Assembly (NCBI RefSeq): GCF_036365525.1 | Contig: NC_090411.1 | Coordinates: forward strand, 31,636,432-31,700,431 | Source: Heterodontus francisci | Lineage: Eukaryota | Direction: 5' to 3' | Length of the DNA: 64,000 bases | In this document: positions 24,140 to 48,300 of the stretch, piece by piece | Numbering within the stretch: position 1 is the first letter of the stretch | Layout of the letters: every line of letters starts with the position of its first letter | Made by a program: the position numbers and the translations under genes | The notes under the pieces: model-generated | What the model saw: only the letters and a program-made list of their open reading frames with translations | Told to the model about the DNA's origin: nothing | Database searches by the model: none

Positions 24140-24272
24140 AGTCGTGAGGAAAGGTCTTATACCTGAAAGCTCATGTCTCGTGTTTTCTTTACCGATGCTG
24201 CCTGACCTGCTGAGTATCTCCAGCAGTTTCTGTTTTCCAAATTTCCACTATCTGCAGTATTTTGGCATTTGT
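24140..24272 (+). repeat. Penelope-like-element-derived short repeat (second copy 30603-30735)
   Basis: 'gatgctgcctgacctgctgagtatctccagca...tctgcagtatttt' preceded by a decayed hammerhead-like core; family assignment is from recall. Confidence 0.5.
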
Positions 24273-25654
24273 TCCTATCCTGTTGTAACTCTGGTCCAAC
24301 CACCAAGCATTTTACAGAAGGCCGACAAATCCACCAGAACAGAGACGAGTGAACTATATTAAATTCATGACACATAAATAGGAAGTTTGTACTGACCAAC
24401 TCGTGTTGGATTTTATCTTCCACATGACCAGCAATCCTAATCCAGTTCACCTGCCCTGCGGCTATTCCATGGCATTCAACCTTTCTCATACAGGTATCCT
24501 TCAAACCCTGCCAGTTAAGCAAGCTTTTATTAGGCAGCTTAACATATGTAGTTTAACCCATATAGTAACACATCATGTCAAATACACTTAACTAATTCAA
24601 AAGAAGTCTGGATATGTACCTCAAGTGCCGTAATCTGCAGAACTACGGACCAAATGCTGGAAGTTGGGATTAGAATAGGTGGATCATTTTTCAGCCAGCA
24701 CAGACACAATGGGCCAAGGAGCCTCTTTCTGTGCCTTAAACTTTTATTAGGCAGCTTAACATATATACCAGCTCAGTACTTCAGAGAAGAGTTACTGGAT
24801 TTTATGCTTAATTTTATTGAAATGAGTTAAATTATTCCCTGTATTCAAACTATTTTTAGATATTTAACTTGGTGTCTCCAGTACACTCACGATTAACAAG
24901 CTTTATGGCCAAGGCTAGTCTTTTTGACTAATGTGCAGCAATTAGAAAGATGCCAAGTGAAGTATAAGAAAATGTACAGTGACTATTTGACTACAATGAC
25001 TGATCAATCCTTACAACATTGATGCTGTAAAAGTAGTAAGTGGTGGGGAAATGTCTATAGGAATGATTTGCTTTAGTATAATTTAAGCTCAGTACAGTCT
25101 TATCCACATACACACACCAAACTCCCAAGTGGGACATATAGCTGAATATGTCTAGTTTTATCTAGACTGGTGGTTTAATTAAATGCCCAATATAAAGTTT
25201 GGTTTGGAAGGGATGAGTAAAAGAAAGTTAGCAGAGGCCATAAAGCCCAAGGACGTCTCATACAGACAATGCACTACTACATACAAGGCCGTAAAGCTTT
25301 TGCAATTCACTGACTGACTTGTGGTATTTGGCTAAATGTAAAGACAGCTAGATAGGAAGGCAATCTATCCACTAGAATGATAAGGGTCTGAAACAACATA
25401 CAAGCAGATGTTCTCCAAATTGGAGAGTTAAAAGTGAACTCATTCCCCATCTTTGTTTCAAAGCTCCACAATACACAAACTTGTTTACAAATATCTAATT
25501 TAAAACAGTAGGAGAGAGAGATTTTATAGGTTCAGAACGCCATTACAGGCTACAGTGATAACTTAGAGATGTAGGCACAGCAATCCCAGGCAAGTCCTGA
25601 ATCACGTTTAGAGCGCTGGATTGGGAGGGACACCTAAAAAGGTTTTTAAAAATT

Positions 25655-25975
25655 TATTTTTAAAGAGATACAGCACTGAAATGGGCCCTTCGGCCCACTG
25701 AATCTGTGCCGACCATCAGCCACCCATTTATACTAATCCCATATTCCTACCACATCCCCACCTTCCCTCAATTCTCCTACCACCTACCTATACTAGGGGT
25801 AATGTATAATGGCCAATTTACCCATCAACCTGCAAGTCTTTTGGCTGTGGGAGGAAACTGGAGCACTCGGCGAAAATCCACACAGTCACAGGGAGGACTT
25901 GCAAACTCCACAGGCAGTACCCAGAATCGAATCCGGGTCCCTGGAGCAGAGAGGCTGCAGTGCTAACCGCTGCAC
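25655..25975 (-). mobile_element. HE1-like V-SINE
   Basis: Reverse complement of the 57336-57680 element (V-domain 'gtgctcc.gtttcctcccac', CR1-like tail). Confidence 0.85.
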
Positions 25976-26238
25976 CTCCCTTTAGGTAGGCAAAAAAAGA
26001 TCATTGCATTACAAGTTACACAGCTGTGCTTTGTGCAGTGGGATCTTAGTAAGATCAGTAATCAGATCAATTACTTAAAATTAGACAAACTAGTTCATGA
26101 CAAATATTTTTATTCCATATAGTGAAAAGATGAGAAAAAAAAAAAAACTGGTAATTACTACAACCAAAGCATTCACTAGAATTTGGTCACACTTCACTTC
26201 AACCATGTATAGAACGATCATGATTCTAGAAATGCCAG

Positions 26239-29175
<2,937 letters not shown>

Positions 29176-29425
29176 CTTAACTTTTACTGTTAACAAAAGC
29201 TAAATCCAAACACAACAACCTAACCTTGTCCTACCACAAACCCTTGTTTTTATATCACTGGGGTCAGCCTGCATTCAACCAGGGAATTACATCACTAATA
29301 ATGATTGACAAACCCAAATAGCCAGTTAGGAATCGCTCATAAATCCAGGCACCAATTAACAAAGGAGAGGGGTGAGGGTGGGGAGGGGGCGTGGTGGGAT
29401 GTGAGACCCAGAGCCAATCAGAGCT
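29176..29425 (-). promoter_or_regulatory. Ferritin C 5'UTR and promoter
   Basis: TATAAAA about 72-80 nt upstream of the ATG, TGATTGACAA, CCAAT boxes, GC box. Confidence 0.7.
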
Positions 29426-29569
29426 TTGGAATACAGAGGTTTAGATGATTATTGCTGTTGGGTTCTTTGACTATCCTCAAATTGAATCTGGAAACATCTC
29501 AACTCTTCTGGTTAATCAATTAGGATGATTAACTCATTAATCAGCAGCACTTACGCCCTGAAACCATAA

Positions 29570-30420
29570 ATTGCTCCTTTTTAAAGGGGCACAAACAATG
29601 AGTTCAAGATTAAAATAAAACTAATATAAAAACTTTTCAAATTATACTTATTCTCCCAAGCACTCCAGTCCCTCCGGTACCCACTGGTTGTGACAATCTC
29701 AAGGGTATCGATGGACGCTGTTTGCTTCCCTCTCCAGAGACACCAGGGTATATATATAGCTGCAGAAGAGAGTCAGACAGCAAGAGAAAACACCCCTATC
29801 TGTCTGGACCTATGGGTGGCCAGGCCCAGGAGCAGACCCATGAGGAGGTTCTCCAAGCACCCTCTCCCCTCCACACCAGCTATTCCAAGATTAGGAGTGT
29901 GGGACTGAAATGCAGCCAAAAATGGAGGAGCAGCCTCCTCAAATAATGGAACAAGGGCTGTAAACTCTGAGACTGCACACACACAGGAAACACGGCTCTT
30001 GCAGGCTGCAAAAGTGACAGGCAGCCTGGGAGTCAGTGATTCAACTCTCCAAGCCAGATCCCCACCTCCACCTAAGGGCAAGACGGAACACCAGGGTATA
30101 TCTGGAGGGGAGATGAGAGCGTTGGAGTGGAGAGTGTGTAGGTGCAGCTCTCCGCACAGAGTGGAATGGCACGGAGGAATTTCTGAGAGAGATGGCTGGT
30201 AGCGTCACAGTTCTCAGAGAATCAAAGCTTCAAAAAATATCTGAAAGAGTTTGATTTATTTGTGAATGGAAATTCCATCCTGTAGATGGTGTCGAGCCCA
30301 GTCAGATTTACGTGAACTCATCTCTCAGAGAGTCAATGGGAATCTTAGTGGATCCAGAATGAGTCCATGATACCAAGATTCACAATGTTGACCACAATAG
30401 ATTGAAAGAGACTGACCTGC
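29570..30420 (-). mobile_element. Tx1-like relic upstream of copy C
   Basis: Near-identical to 23290-23960 over most of its length. Confidence 0.6.
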
Positions 30421-32015
30421 ACCAGAGAGTCCACAGTGAATCTGGAAACCAACTGGTAAGTTGGGAAAATGGAAATGAGGAGCTTCAGACAGAACTCTGT
30501 TACTCAGTCACTAAAATTTGATATGGAGTTTTACGCATGAAAAAGAGCTATAAAGTCCAGTGTTTAATTTGCTCTGTTTTCTCATCTTCTACAAATCTCA
30601 GGTCAGTTGTGAGGAAAGGTCTTGTATCTGAAAGCACGTGTCTCGTGTTTTCTTTACCGATGCTGCCTGACCTGCTGAGTATCTCCAGCAGTTTCTGTTT
30701 TTCAGATTTCCACTATCTGCAGTATTTTGGCATTTGTTCCTATCCTGTTGTAACTCTGGTCCAACCACCAAGCATTTTACAGAAGGCCGACAAATCCACC
30801 AGAACAGAGACGAGTGACTTACATTAAAGTTATAACACACAATAGGACGTTTGTCCTGACCAGCTCATGTTGGATTTTATCTTCCACATGAACAGTAATC
30901 CTAATCCGGTTCACCTGCCCTATGGCTATTCCATGGCATTCAATCTCTCATACAGGTATCCTCCAAACCCTGCCAGTTAAGCAAGCTTTTATTAGGCAGC
31001 TTAACATATATACTAGCTCAGTATGTCTGATAACTCAGTCCTTCAGAGAAGATTTGCTTTAGTATAATTTAGTTCAGCACAAACTTATTCCCACACCAAC
31101 TATCTCTCAATAGGACGTAATGCAGCAGTTTGCTGTCAAGCTTTATGGAGACTGGTGGTTTACAAACACGTCTGACATCAAGTCTGACCCCGAGGAACAG
31201 GGGAAAAAAGTTAAACAGAGGACATCAACTGCAAGAAAGCCTAATAGTCAATTCAGTACTACACGAACAGGCCATAAACCTTTGGCAATTCACTGAGTGA
31301 CTCGTACTTTTTAAAATCGATTAATGGGATGTGGGTGTCGCTGGCGAGGCAGTTGTAGCCCATCCCTAATTGCCCTTGAACCAACTGGCATGCTCAGCCA
31401 TTTCAGAGGCTAGTTTAAGGGTCAACCACATTGTTGTGGGTCTGTAGTCACATGTAGGCCAGACCAGGTAAGGACAGCAGATTTCTTTCCCTAAAGGAAA
31501 TTAGTGAACCAGATCGGTTTTTACACCAATAGTTTCATGAACACCATTAGACTAGCTTTCAATTCCAGATTTATTAATGGACTTCAAATTTCACTATGTG
31601 CCATGTTGGGATTCAAACCCATGTCCCCAGAGCATTAACCTAGGGCTCTGGATTACTGATCCAGTGACATTACCTCCCATTTGTTTACTGTAAAGACACC
31701 TAGATAGGAAGGCAATCTACCCATACTTGTCCAGAGGGGAAGGGTCTGAAATAACATCCAAGCAGATGTTCTCCAGATTGGAGAGAGTTAGTGAACTTAT
31801 TTCCCCATCTTTGTTTGAAAGTCCACAACAAACTAACTTGTTTACAAATATTTAAATTAAAAAAACAGCAGGAATTAGAGGTTACAGTTTCAGAATACCA
31901 TTACAGGCTGCAGTGATAATTTAGGGATATAGGCACAGCAATCCTGTGCAAGTCCTGAATCAAGTTTAGGGGGATGGATACCTATAGGTTTAGGTAGGCA
32001 AAAAGATCATTCATT

Positions 32016-35000
32016 GAGTTATAGAGTCGTACACCATAGAAACAGGCCCTTCGGCCCACTGCGTCCATGCCGACCATAATGCCTAAATATATTAATCCCA
32101 TCTGCCTGCATTAATTCCATATCCCTCTATGCCTTGCTCATTCAAGTACCTGTCCAGATGTCTCTTAAACGTTGCTACTGTTTCTACCTCCACCACCTCC
32201 TCTGGCAGCTCATTCCAGATACCCACTATTCTTTGTGTGAAAAATTTACCCCTTTGATCCCCTTTAAACCTCCTCCCTCTCACCTTAAATCTATGCCCTC
32301 TAGTTTTAGTCACCCCTACCATGGGACACAGACTCTGGCTATCTACCCTATCTATGCCTCTCATAATTTTATATACCTCTATCATGTCCCCTCTCAGCCT
32401 CCTTCGCTCCAGGGAAAACAATCCCAGCCTATCCAATCTCTCTTTATACCTCAAGCGCTCCAAACCAGGCAACATCCTTGTGAATCTTTTCTGTACCCTC
32501 TCTAGCTTAATCACATCTTTCCTGTAGTGCGGCACCCAGAACTGCACACAGTACTCCAAATGCGGCCTAACCAACATTATGTACAACTGTAACATGACGT
32601 CCCAACTCTTGTACTCAATGCCTCGGCTGACGAAGGCAAGCATGCCATATGCCTTCTTCACCACCCTGTCTACCTGTGTTGCCACTTTCAGGGAACTATG
32701 TACTTGCACCCCAAGGTCTCTCTGCTCAACAACACTCCCCAGGGCCCTGCCATTCACTGTATATGTCCTGCCCTGGCTTAACTTCCCAAAGTGCATCACT
32801 TCGCACTTGTCTGCGTTAAATTCCATTTGCCAATCCCTTGCCCCCTTTCCCAGTTGATCTACATCCTGTTGTAACCTTAGACAACCTTCTTCACTGTCCA
32901 CTATACCACCAATTTTGGTGTCATCTGCAAACTTACTAATCATGCCCCCTACTTTCACATCCAAGTCATTAATATATATGACAAACAACAGAGGGCCCAG
33001 CACCGATCCCTGCGGCACACCACTGGTCACCAGCCTCCAATCTGAAAAACAGCCCTCCACTACCACCGTCTGGCTCCCATCACCAAGCCAATTTTGTATC
33101 CAATTGGCTAGCTCACCCTGGATCCCATGTGTTCGAACCTTCTAGACCAGCCTACCATGTCAAAGGCCTTGCTAAAGTCCATGTAGACAACATCCTCGCC
33201 CATTTCCTGTGGCTCCACATAGATTACCACACTGATCCTTAAGGGGACCTCTCTCTCTCTAACTACCCTTTTACTCTTCATATACTTATAGAATCCTTTA
33301 GGATTCGCCTTTATCTTATCTGCCAGGGAAATCTCATGGTCCCGTTTTGCCCTCCTAATTTCCTTCTTAAGTGTAGCCCTACATCCCCTATACTCCGAGG
33401 GAACTCACTCGATCCCAGCTGCCTATACCCGACATAGGCCACCTTCTTTGTCCTGACCAGACCCTCAATATCCCTCGTCAACCAAGGTTCCCTAAACTTG
33501 CCAGCCTTGCCCTTCCATCTAACAGGAACATGCTGGCCCTGAACTCTTCCTATCTCACTTTTAAAAGCCTCCCACTTGCCAGATGTTCCTTTACCTGTAA
33601 AGGGCCTCTCCCATTCAACTTTCTGATGCCATCAAAATTAGCCTTCCCCCAATTTAGGAAATCAACCTGAGGACCAGTCCTATCCTTTTCCATAACTATC
33701 TTGAAACTAATAGAGTTATGGTTACTGGTCCCAAAGTGTTCCCCCACTGCCACATCAACCACCTACCCATCCTCATTTCCTAAGAGGAGGTTGAGTTTGA
33801 GTGTAGCTCCTTCTCTAGTAGGACCATTCACATACTGCTTCAAAAAAAAACTATTCCAGACACATTTAACAAATTCTTCCCCATCTGATCCCTCAGCACT
33901 AAGGCAGTCCCAGTCAATATTAGGGAAGTTAAAAATCACCTACTATTACAGCCCTATAATTCCTATACCTATAAAACAAAGAACAAAGAACAGTACAGCA
34001 CAGGAACAGGCCATTCGGCCCTCCAAGCCTGCGCCGATCTTGATGCCTGCCGAAACTAACACCTTCTGCACTTCTGGGGCCCATATCCCTCTATTCCCTT
34101 CCTATTCATATATTTGTCAAGATGTCTCTTAAACGTCGCTATCGTATCTGCTTCCACCACCTCCCCTGGCGGCAAGTTCCAGGCACTCACCACCCTCTGT
34201 GTAAAGAACTTGCCTCGCACATCCCCTCTAAACTTTGCCCCTCGCACCTATGTCCCCGAGTAACTGACTCTTCCGCCCTGGGAAAAAGCTTCTGACTATC
34301 CACTCTGTCCATGCCGCTCATAACTTTGTAAACCTCTATCATGTCGCCCCTCCACCTCCGTCGTTCCAGTGAAAACAATCCGAGTTTTTCCAACTTCTCA
34401 TAGCTAATGCCCTCCAGACTAGGCAACATCCTGGTAAACCTCCTCTGTACCCTCTCCAAAGCCTCCACGTCCTTCTGGTAGTGCGGCGACCAGAATTGCA
34501 CGCAATATTCTAAGTGTGGACTAACTAAGGTTCCGTACAGTTGCAACATGACTTGCCAATTTTTATACCCTATGCCCCGACCGATGAAGGCAAGCATGCC
34601 GTATGCCTTCTTGACTACCTTATCCACCTGCGTTGCCACTTTCAGTGACCTGTGGACCTGTACGCCCAGATCTCTCTGCCTGTCAATACTCCTAAGGGTT
34701 CTGCCATTTACTGTATACCTCCCACCTGCATTAGACCTTCCAAAATGCATTACCTCACATTTGTCCGGATTAAACTCCATCTTCCATTGCTCCGTCTAAG
34801 TCTCCAACCGATCTACATCCTGCTGTATCCTCTGACAATCCTCATCATTATCCGCAACTCCACCAACCTTTGTGTCGTCCGCAAACTTACTAATCAGACC
34901 AGCTACATTTTCTTCCAAATCATTTATATATACTACAAACAGCAAAGGTCCCAGCACTGATCCCTGCGGAACACCACTAATCACATCCCTCCATTCAGAA

Positions 35001-36103
35001 AAACACCCATCCACTGCTCCCCTCTGTCTTCTATGACCGAGCCAGTTCTGTATCCATCTTGCCAGCTCACCTCTGATCCCGTGTGACTTCACCTTTTGTA
35101 CCAATCTGCCATGCAGGACCTTGTCAAAGGCTTTACTAAAGTCCATATAGACAACATCCACCACCCTTCCTTCATCAATCATCTTCGTCACTTCCTCAAA
35201 AAACTCAATCAAATTAGTAAGACACGACCTCCCCTTCACAAAACTATGCTGCCTCTCGCTAATAAGTTCATTTGTTTCCAAATGGGAGTAAATCCTGTCC
35301 CAAATAATCCTCTCTAATGGTTTCCCTACCACTGATGTAAGGCTCACCGGCCTATAATTTCCTGGACTATCCTTGCCACCCTTCTTAAACAAAGGAACAA
35401 CATTGGCTATTCTCCAGTCCTCCGGGACCTCACCTGTAGCCAGTGAGGATGCAAAGATTTCTGTCAAGGCCCCAGCAATTTCTTCCCTTGCCTCCCTCAG
35501 CATTCTAGGGTAGATCCCATCAGGCCCTGGGGACTTATCTATCTTAATGCTTTGCAAGACACCCAACACCTCCTCCTTTTTGATAATGAGATGATTGAGA
35601 CTATCTGCACTCCCTTCCCTGGGCTCATCATCCACCAAGTCCTTCTCCTTGGTGAATACTGATGCAAAGTACTCATTTAGCACCTTGCCCATTTCCTCTG
35701 GCTCCATGCATAGATTCCTATCTCTGTCCTTGAGTGGGCCAACCCTTTCCCTGGTTACCCTTGTGCTCTTTATATATGTATAAAAAGCCTTAGGATGTTC
35801 CTTAATCATGTTTGCTAATGACTTTTCATGACCCCCTTTTAGCCCTCCTAACTCCTTGCTTAAGTTCCTTCCTACTGTCTTTATATTCCTCAAGTACTTC
35901 ATCTGTTCCTAGCCTTCCAGCCCTTACAAATGCTCCCTTTTTCTTTTTGAAAAGGCTCACAATATCCAGTGTTATCCAAGCTTCCCAAAACTTGCCTTTC
36001 TTCCTCACAGGAAGATGCTGGTCCTGGATTCTAATCAGCTGACATTTGAAAGACTCCCTCATGTCAGATGATCTGTGATTTCCCTGCATATATGCTCCTC
36101 CAA
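32016..36103 (-). mobile_element. CR1 LINE (outer element: 32016-33972 plus 36071-36103), split by a nested CR1
   Basis: RT ORF 32092-33066 (FADD). The endonuclease peptide LEEHICREITD (36103-36071) continues as RYRNYRAVIVGDF.FPNIDWD (from 33970 down). Confidence 0.88.
33973..36070 (-). mobile_element. Nested 5'-truncated CR1 LINE
   Basis: Frameshifted ORF2 pieces 34796-35902 and 34187-34780; (TTCTTTG)n tail at about 33973-33992, like that of the intact CR1. Confidence 0.9.
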
Positions 36104-36267
36104 TCAGATCAGTTACTTAATTAGACAAACTAGTTCATGACAAATACTTTTATTCCATATACAGTGAAATGATGAGAAAATTGGCAATTACTACAACCAA
36201 AGCATTCACTAGAATTTATATTCTTTTCATTTCCACCATGTATAGAACTAAGATTTTAGAACCCCAA

Positions 36268-40311
<4,044 letters not shown>

Positions 40312-40550
40312 CTTAACTTACACTATTAACAGAAACTAAGTCCAAAACACAACAACCAGACATTATCCTAACACAAACTCTTGTTTTTATATCACTGGGT
40401 CAGCCTGCATTCAACCAGGGAATGACATCAGTAATAATGATTGACAATCCCTGATAGCCAGTCAGGAATCTCCCATGAATCCAGGCACCAATTAACCAAT
40501 TAACAAAGGGGAGGGGGCATGTTGGGATGTGAGACCCAGAACCAATCAGA
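40312..40550 (-). promoter_or_regulatory. Ferritin D 5'UTR and promoter
   Basis: TATAAAA, TGACATCA, TGATTGACAA and CCAAT boxes colinear with the other copies. Confidence 0.7.
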
Positions 40551-40689
40551 GCTTTGGAATACAGAGGTTTAGATGATTATTGCTGTTGGGTTCTTTGACT
40601 GTCCTCAAATTGAATCTGGAAACATCTCAACTCTTCTGGTTAATCAATTAGGATGATTAACTCATTAATCAGCAGCACTTAAGCCCTGA

Positions 40690-41570
40690 AACCATAAGTT
40701 CCCCCTTTTAAAGGGGCACAAACAATGAGTTCAAGATGATAATAAAACTAACATAAAAACTTTTCAAATTATAATATTTCTCCCTGTATCCACCAAGCAC
40801 TCCAGTCCTTCCGGTACCCACTGGTTGCGACAATCTCAAGGGTATCGATGGACGCTGTTTGCTCCCTCTCCAGAGACACCAGGGTATATATATAGCTGCA
40901 GAAGAGAGTCAGACAGCAAGCGAAAACACCCCTATCTGTCTGGACCTGTGGGTGGCCAGGCCCAGGAGCAGACCCATGAGGAGGTTCTCCAAGCACCCTC
41001 TCCCCTCCACACCAGCTATTCCAAGATTAGGAGTATGGGACTGAAATGCAACCAAAATTAGAGGAGCGGCCTCCTCAAATAATGGAAGAAGGGCTGCAAA
41101 CTCTGAGACTGCACACACACAGGAAACACGGCTCCTGCAGGCAGCCTGGGAGTCTGTGATTCAACTCTCCACGTCGGATCCCCAATGGAATAGCGGAGGA
41201 CTCCGGCATAGACAGCTTTTCACTATAGGGCAAGATGGAATGCCAGGGTGTATCTGGAGGGGAGATGATTGTGATGGAGTAGAGAGTGTGTAGGCCCAGC
41301 ACTCCGCGCAGGGTGGAATTGCATGGAGGGATTTCTGAGACGGTTGGTAGTGTCACTGTTCTCAGAATTACAGCTTCAAAAAAATATCGCAAAGTGTTTT
41401 TCTCTGTTGTGAATGGAAATTCCATCCTGTATATGGTGCTGGGCGCAACTGGATTCTTGTTAACACATCTCTTGGAGAGTTGATGGGCATCTTAGTGGAT
41501 CCAGAATGAGTCCATGATACCAAGATTCACAATGTTGACCACAATAGATTGAAAGAGACTGACCTGCACC
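40690..41570 (-). mobile_element. Tx1-like relic upstream of copy D
   Basis: Paralogous to 29570-30420, more diverged in its distal half. Confidence 0.6.
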
Positions 41571-41759
41571 AGAGAGTCCACAGTGAATCTGGAAACCAAT
41601 TGGTAAGTTGGGGAAATGGAAAGTGGATCAATGGGGAGCTTCAGACAGAACTCTGTTGCTCAGTCACTGTAAAGTTTGATGTGGAGTTTCACCCATTAAA
41701 TTTAACAGCTGTAAAAGTCCATTGTTTAGTAGCTTCAGGAAGCTCTTGATAAGCACAAC

Positions 41760-42311
41760 CTGAGGGCTCTCCATGAAGGTCTCTGATCTGTCTCTGGCCC
41801 CATAACCAATGGTATGAAACCCATCCTCTTAGCAGACGGCAATCAGGTCCTAACAAACAGGAATGAGATTCTCTCTTGTCAGGCAGATCATTTTAACAAT
41901 CTCCTGAACCAAGAAAACACAGTGTGTGATGATGCCATTGCAACACTTCCACAGCATCACATTCTGGATGAGCTTGCCCTCGATCCATCTGGAGCTGAAC
42001 TCACCAAGGCCATAAAGCAACTGTCTGTGGGTAAGTCTCCGGGGACCGATGGTATTCCACAGAAGCAGCCAAGTACGGAGGAGCTCACTTGGTTAGGAAA
42101 CTCACTAGCCTCTTCTGCTTAACCTGGAACCAGGTCATTGTTTCCCAAGATTACAAAGTTTCTTCCATAACTCACCTAAACATACGGAAGGGAAGCAGGT
42201 CCATCAGTGACAATCATTGTGGTATTTCACTTCTCTCCATAGCGGGAAAACTTCTTGCAAGGGTTATTCTCAACAGGATTGCCACTCATCTTACGGACTC
42301 AGTGTACCCAT
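41760..42311 (+). mobile_element. Internal RTE-clade LINE fragment
   Basis: 'HFNNLLNQE...ELTKAIKQLSVGKSPGTDGIP' and 'GISLLSIAGKLLARVILNRI' are RTE RT-proximal motifs. Confidence 0.8.
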
Positions 42312-43203
42312 TGTTACGACCAGGTGAGAAAGAGGTCTAGGGTTCCCTTTCAGTCTTCACCTGGTCTTACCGTAACAGGGGTTAATTTTAAACACACTGT
42401 GTCTTTAGCTCCCCCTTGGTGAATCCTTGTTCACCGCTTTCCAATTACAAGGCAAAGAAACTGGCATAAACGGGTTTTCTTAGGTTTAAAGAAGAAAGGT
42501 TGAAACTTATTAAACTTAAACTCTAATTCAGTTGACGCCTACATGACATGCCCATGCTAGCATGCATACGCGATACACACATGCAAACAGAGACAGAAAA
42601 GAGCAGAAGAAAAAATAAAGTGAAAAGTTTGAGGCAATATCTGAAGTGTTTTTGTTACAGTTCTTCGAGCTCACTGTAGAGTCCTTGATTGTAGGTAGTT
42701 CTTGCTTTTCGTTGGGGCCCAGTATTCTTCTTAAACCTTGTTTGCTGTCGGAGACTTTTCTCTCTTGGGGTTCATTTGTCTTCAGTGGATTCAGAGGCTT
42801 GAGAGAAAGAGATGGGAGCAGACAGGAGAGAGATCTTCTCAGTCCAGGAGCAAACAGATACTCTGAGTCCAAACTGTTTGTACAATTCAGAAAAACCCAG
42901 GTTGCCAAGCAGGTTAGTCATGTGACTAACTGGTATAACCAGTCCTGGATTGTATCACCTTAACAGTCTCTGGAATGCTCCTTTTAAATACAATACTTGG
43001 TGATCAAGGTCCATTTTGGGTTGAATGTGTCAGGAAATGGTCCTTTGTCCTTCCAAGCACCATCTGTTAAATTGCAAATATCTTTTCCAGCCATGGCTGA
43101 TCTGTTTAATAAGTCCTTTCTTCACTCCAGTAACAGTTTAAAATCAATGTTTATGACAAAATTAATGTGCCTCATTCTTGGCAGGTGGGGGCCTAGCATG
43201 ACA
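42312..43203 (-). mobile_element. Solo LTR (892 bp) with 4-bp TSD CCAT
   Basis: TGTTA...TGACA termini; CCAT at 42308-42311 and 43204-43207. Confidence 0.85.
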
Positions 43204-43207
43204 CCAT

Positions 43208-43505
43208 TTATTTATTTAGAGATACAGCACTGAAACAGGCCTTTCGGCCCACCGAGTCTGTGCCGACCAACAACCACCCATTTATACTAACCCCATATTC
43301 CCTATCACCTACCTACACTAGGGGCAATTTACAATGGCCAATTTACCTATCACCTGCAAGTCTTTGGCTGTGGGAGGAAACCGGAGCACCCGGCAAAAAC
43401 CCACGCGGTCACAGGGAGAACTTGCAAACTCCGCACAGGCAGTACCCAGAATTGAACCCGGGTCCCTGGAGCTGTGCGGCTGCGGTGCTAACCACTGCGC
43501 TGCCC
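43208..43505 (-). mobile_element. HE1-like V-SINE
   Basis: Reverse complement of the 57336 element; (ttta)n tail. Confidence 0.85.
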
Positions 43506-43529
43506 TAATCACAGTATGGCTTTCATGCT

Positions 43530-44560
43530 TTTTTAAAATTCATTCAGGGATGTGGGCATCACTGGCTATGCCAGCATTTATTGCCCATCCCTAATTGCCC
43601 TTGAAAAGGTGGTGGTGAGCTGCCTTCTTGAACCGCTGCAGTCCATTTGGGGTAGATATACCCACAGTGCTGTTAGGAAGGGAGTTCCAGGATTTTGACC
43701 CAGCGACAGTGAAGGAACGGCGATATAGTTCCAAGTCAGGATGGTGTGACTTGGAGGGGAACTTGCAAGTGGTGGTGTTCCCATGTATTTGCTGCCCTTG
43801 TCCTTCTAGTTGGTAGAGGTCACAGGTTTAGAAGGTGATGTCTAAGGAGCCTTGGTGCATTGCTGCAGTGCATCTTGTAGATGGTACACACTGCTGCTAC
43901 TGTGCATCGGTGGTGGAGGGAGTGAATGTTTGTAGATGGTGTGCCAATCAAGCAGGCTGCTTTGTCCTGGATGGTGTTGAGCTTCTTGAGTGTTGTTGGA
44001 GCTGCACTCATCCAGGCAAGTGGAGAGTATTCCATCACACTCCTGACTTGTGCCTTGTAGATGGTGGACAAGTTTTGGGGAGTCAGGAGGTGAGTTACTC
44101 ACCTCAGGATTCCTAGCCTCTGACCTGCTCTTGTAGACACAGTATTTATATAGCTACTCCAGTTTCTGGTCAATGGTAGCCCCTAGGATGTTGATTTTGG
44201 GGGATTCAACAGGAGATGGTTAGATTCTTTCTCGTTGGAGATGACCATTGTCTGGCACAAATGTTACTTGCCACTTATCAGCCTAAGCCTGGATATTGTC
44301 CAGGTCTTGCTGCATTTCTACACAGACTGCTTCAGTATCTGAGGAGTCACGAATAGTGCTGAACATTGTTCAATCATCAGCCAACATACCCACTTCTGAC
44401 CTTATGATTAAAGGAAGGTCATTGATGAAGCAGCTGAAGATGGTTGTGCCTAGGACAATACCCTGAGGAACTCCTGCAGTGACCTTCAAGAACCACAACC
44501 ATCTTCCTTTGTGCTAGGTATGACTCCAGCCAGCGGAGGGTTTTCCCCCCAATTCCCATT
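43530..44560 (-). mobile_element. Second-family LINE, 5'-truncated
   Basis: 'YKAQVRSVMEYSPLAWMSAAPTTLKKL.TIQDKAACLIG', same family as 21037-23176. Confidence 0.85.
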
Positions 44561-44964
44561 GCTGGATGAGGAAGAATTGACATGATCTTTGTGGTGTACC
44601 AAATTCAAGAAAAGTTCTGCCAATAGAACACCATTACAGTTTGCAGTGATAAGATTGCTGTGCCAAATATGGGTAGGTTCTGAATCAAGTTTAGGGAGCT
44701 GGACTGGGAGGGACACCTATAGGTTTAAGGCATGAAAAAAAAATGTGATCATTGTATTACAAAGTTACACAGCTATGATTTGGGCAGTGGGATCTCCAGA
44801 AGATCCACAATCACAGCAAATAAAATTATACAGAGAAACTAGTTCTTGAACATACTTTTATTTCATATTCAGTGAAAATGACAAAACCACAACCAAATCA
44901 TTCACTAGAATTGGGTCACATTTTATTTCCACCATGTGGAGAATGAATGTTTCAAGAACTCCAG

Positions 44965-48300
<3,336 letters not shown>

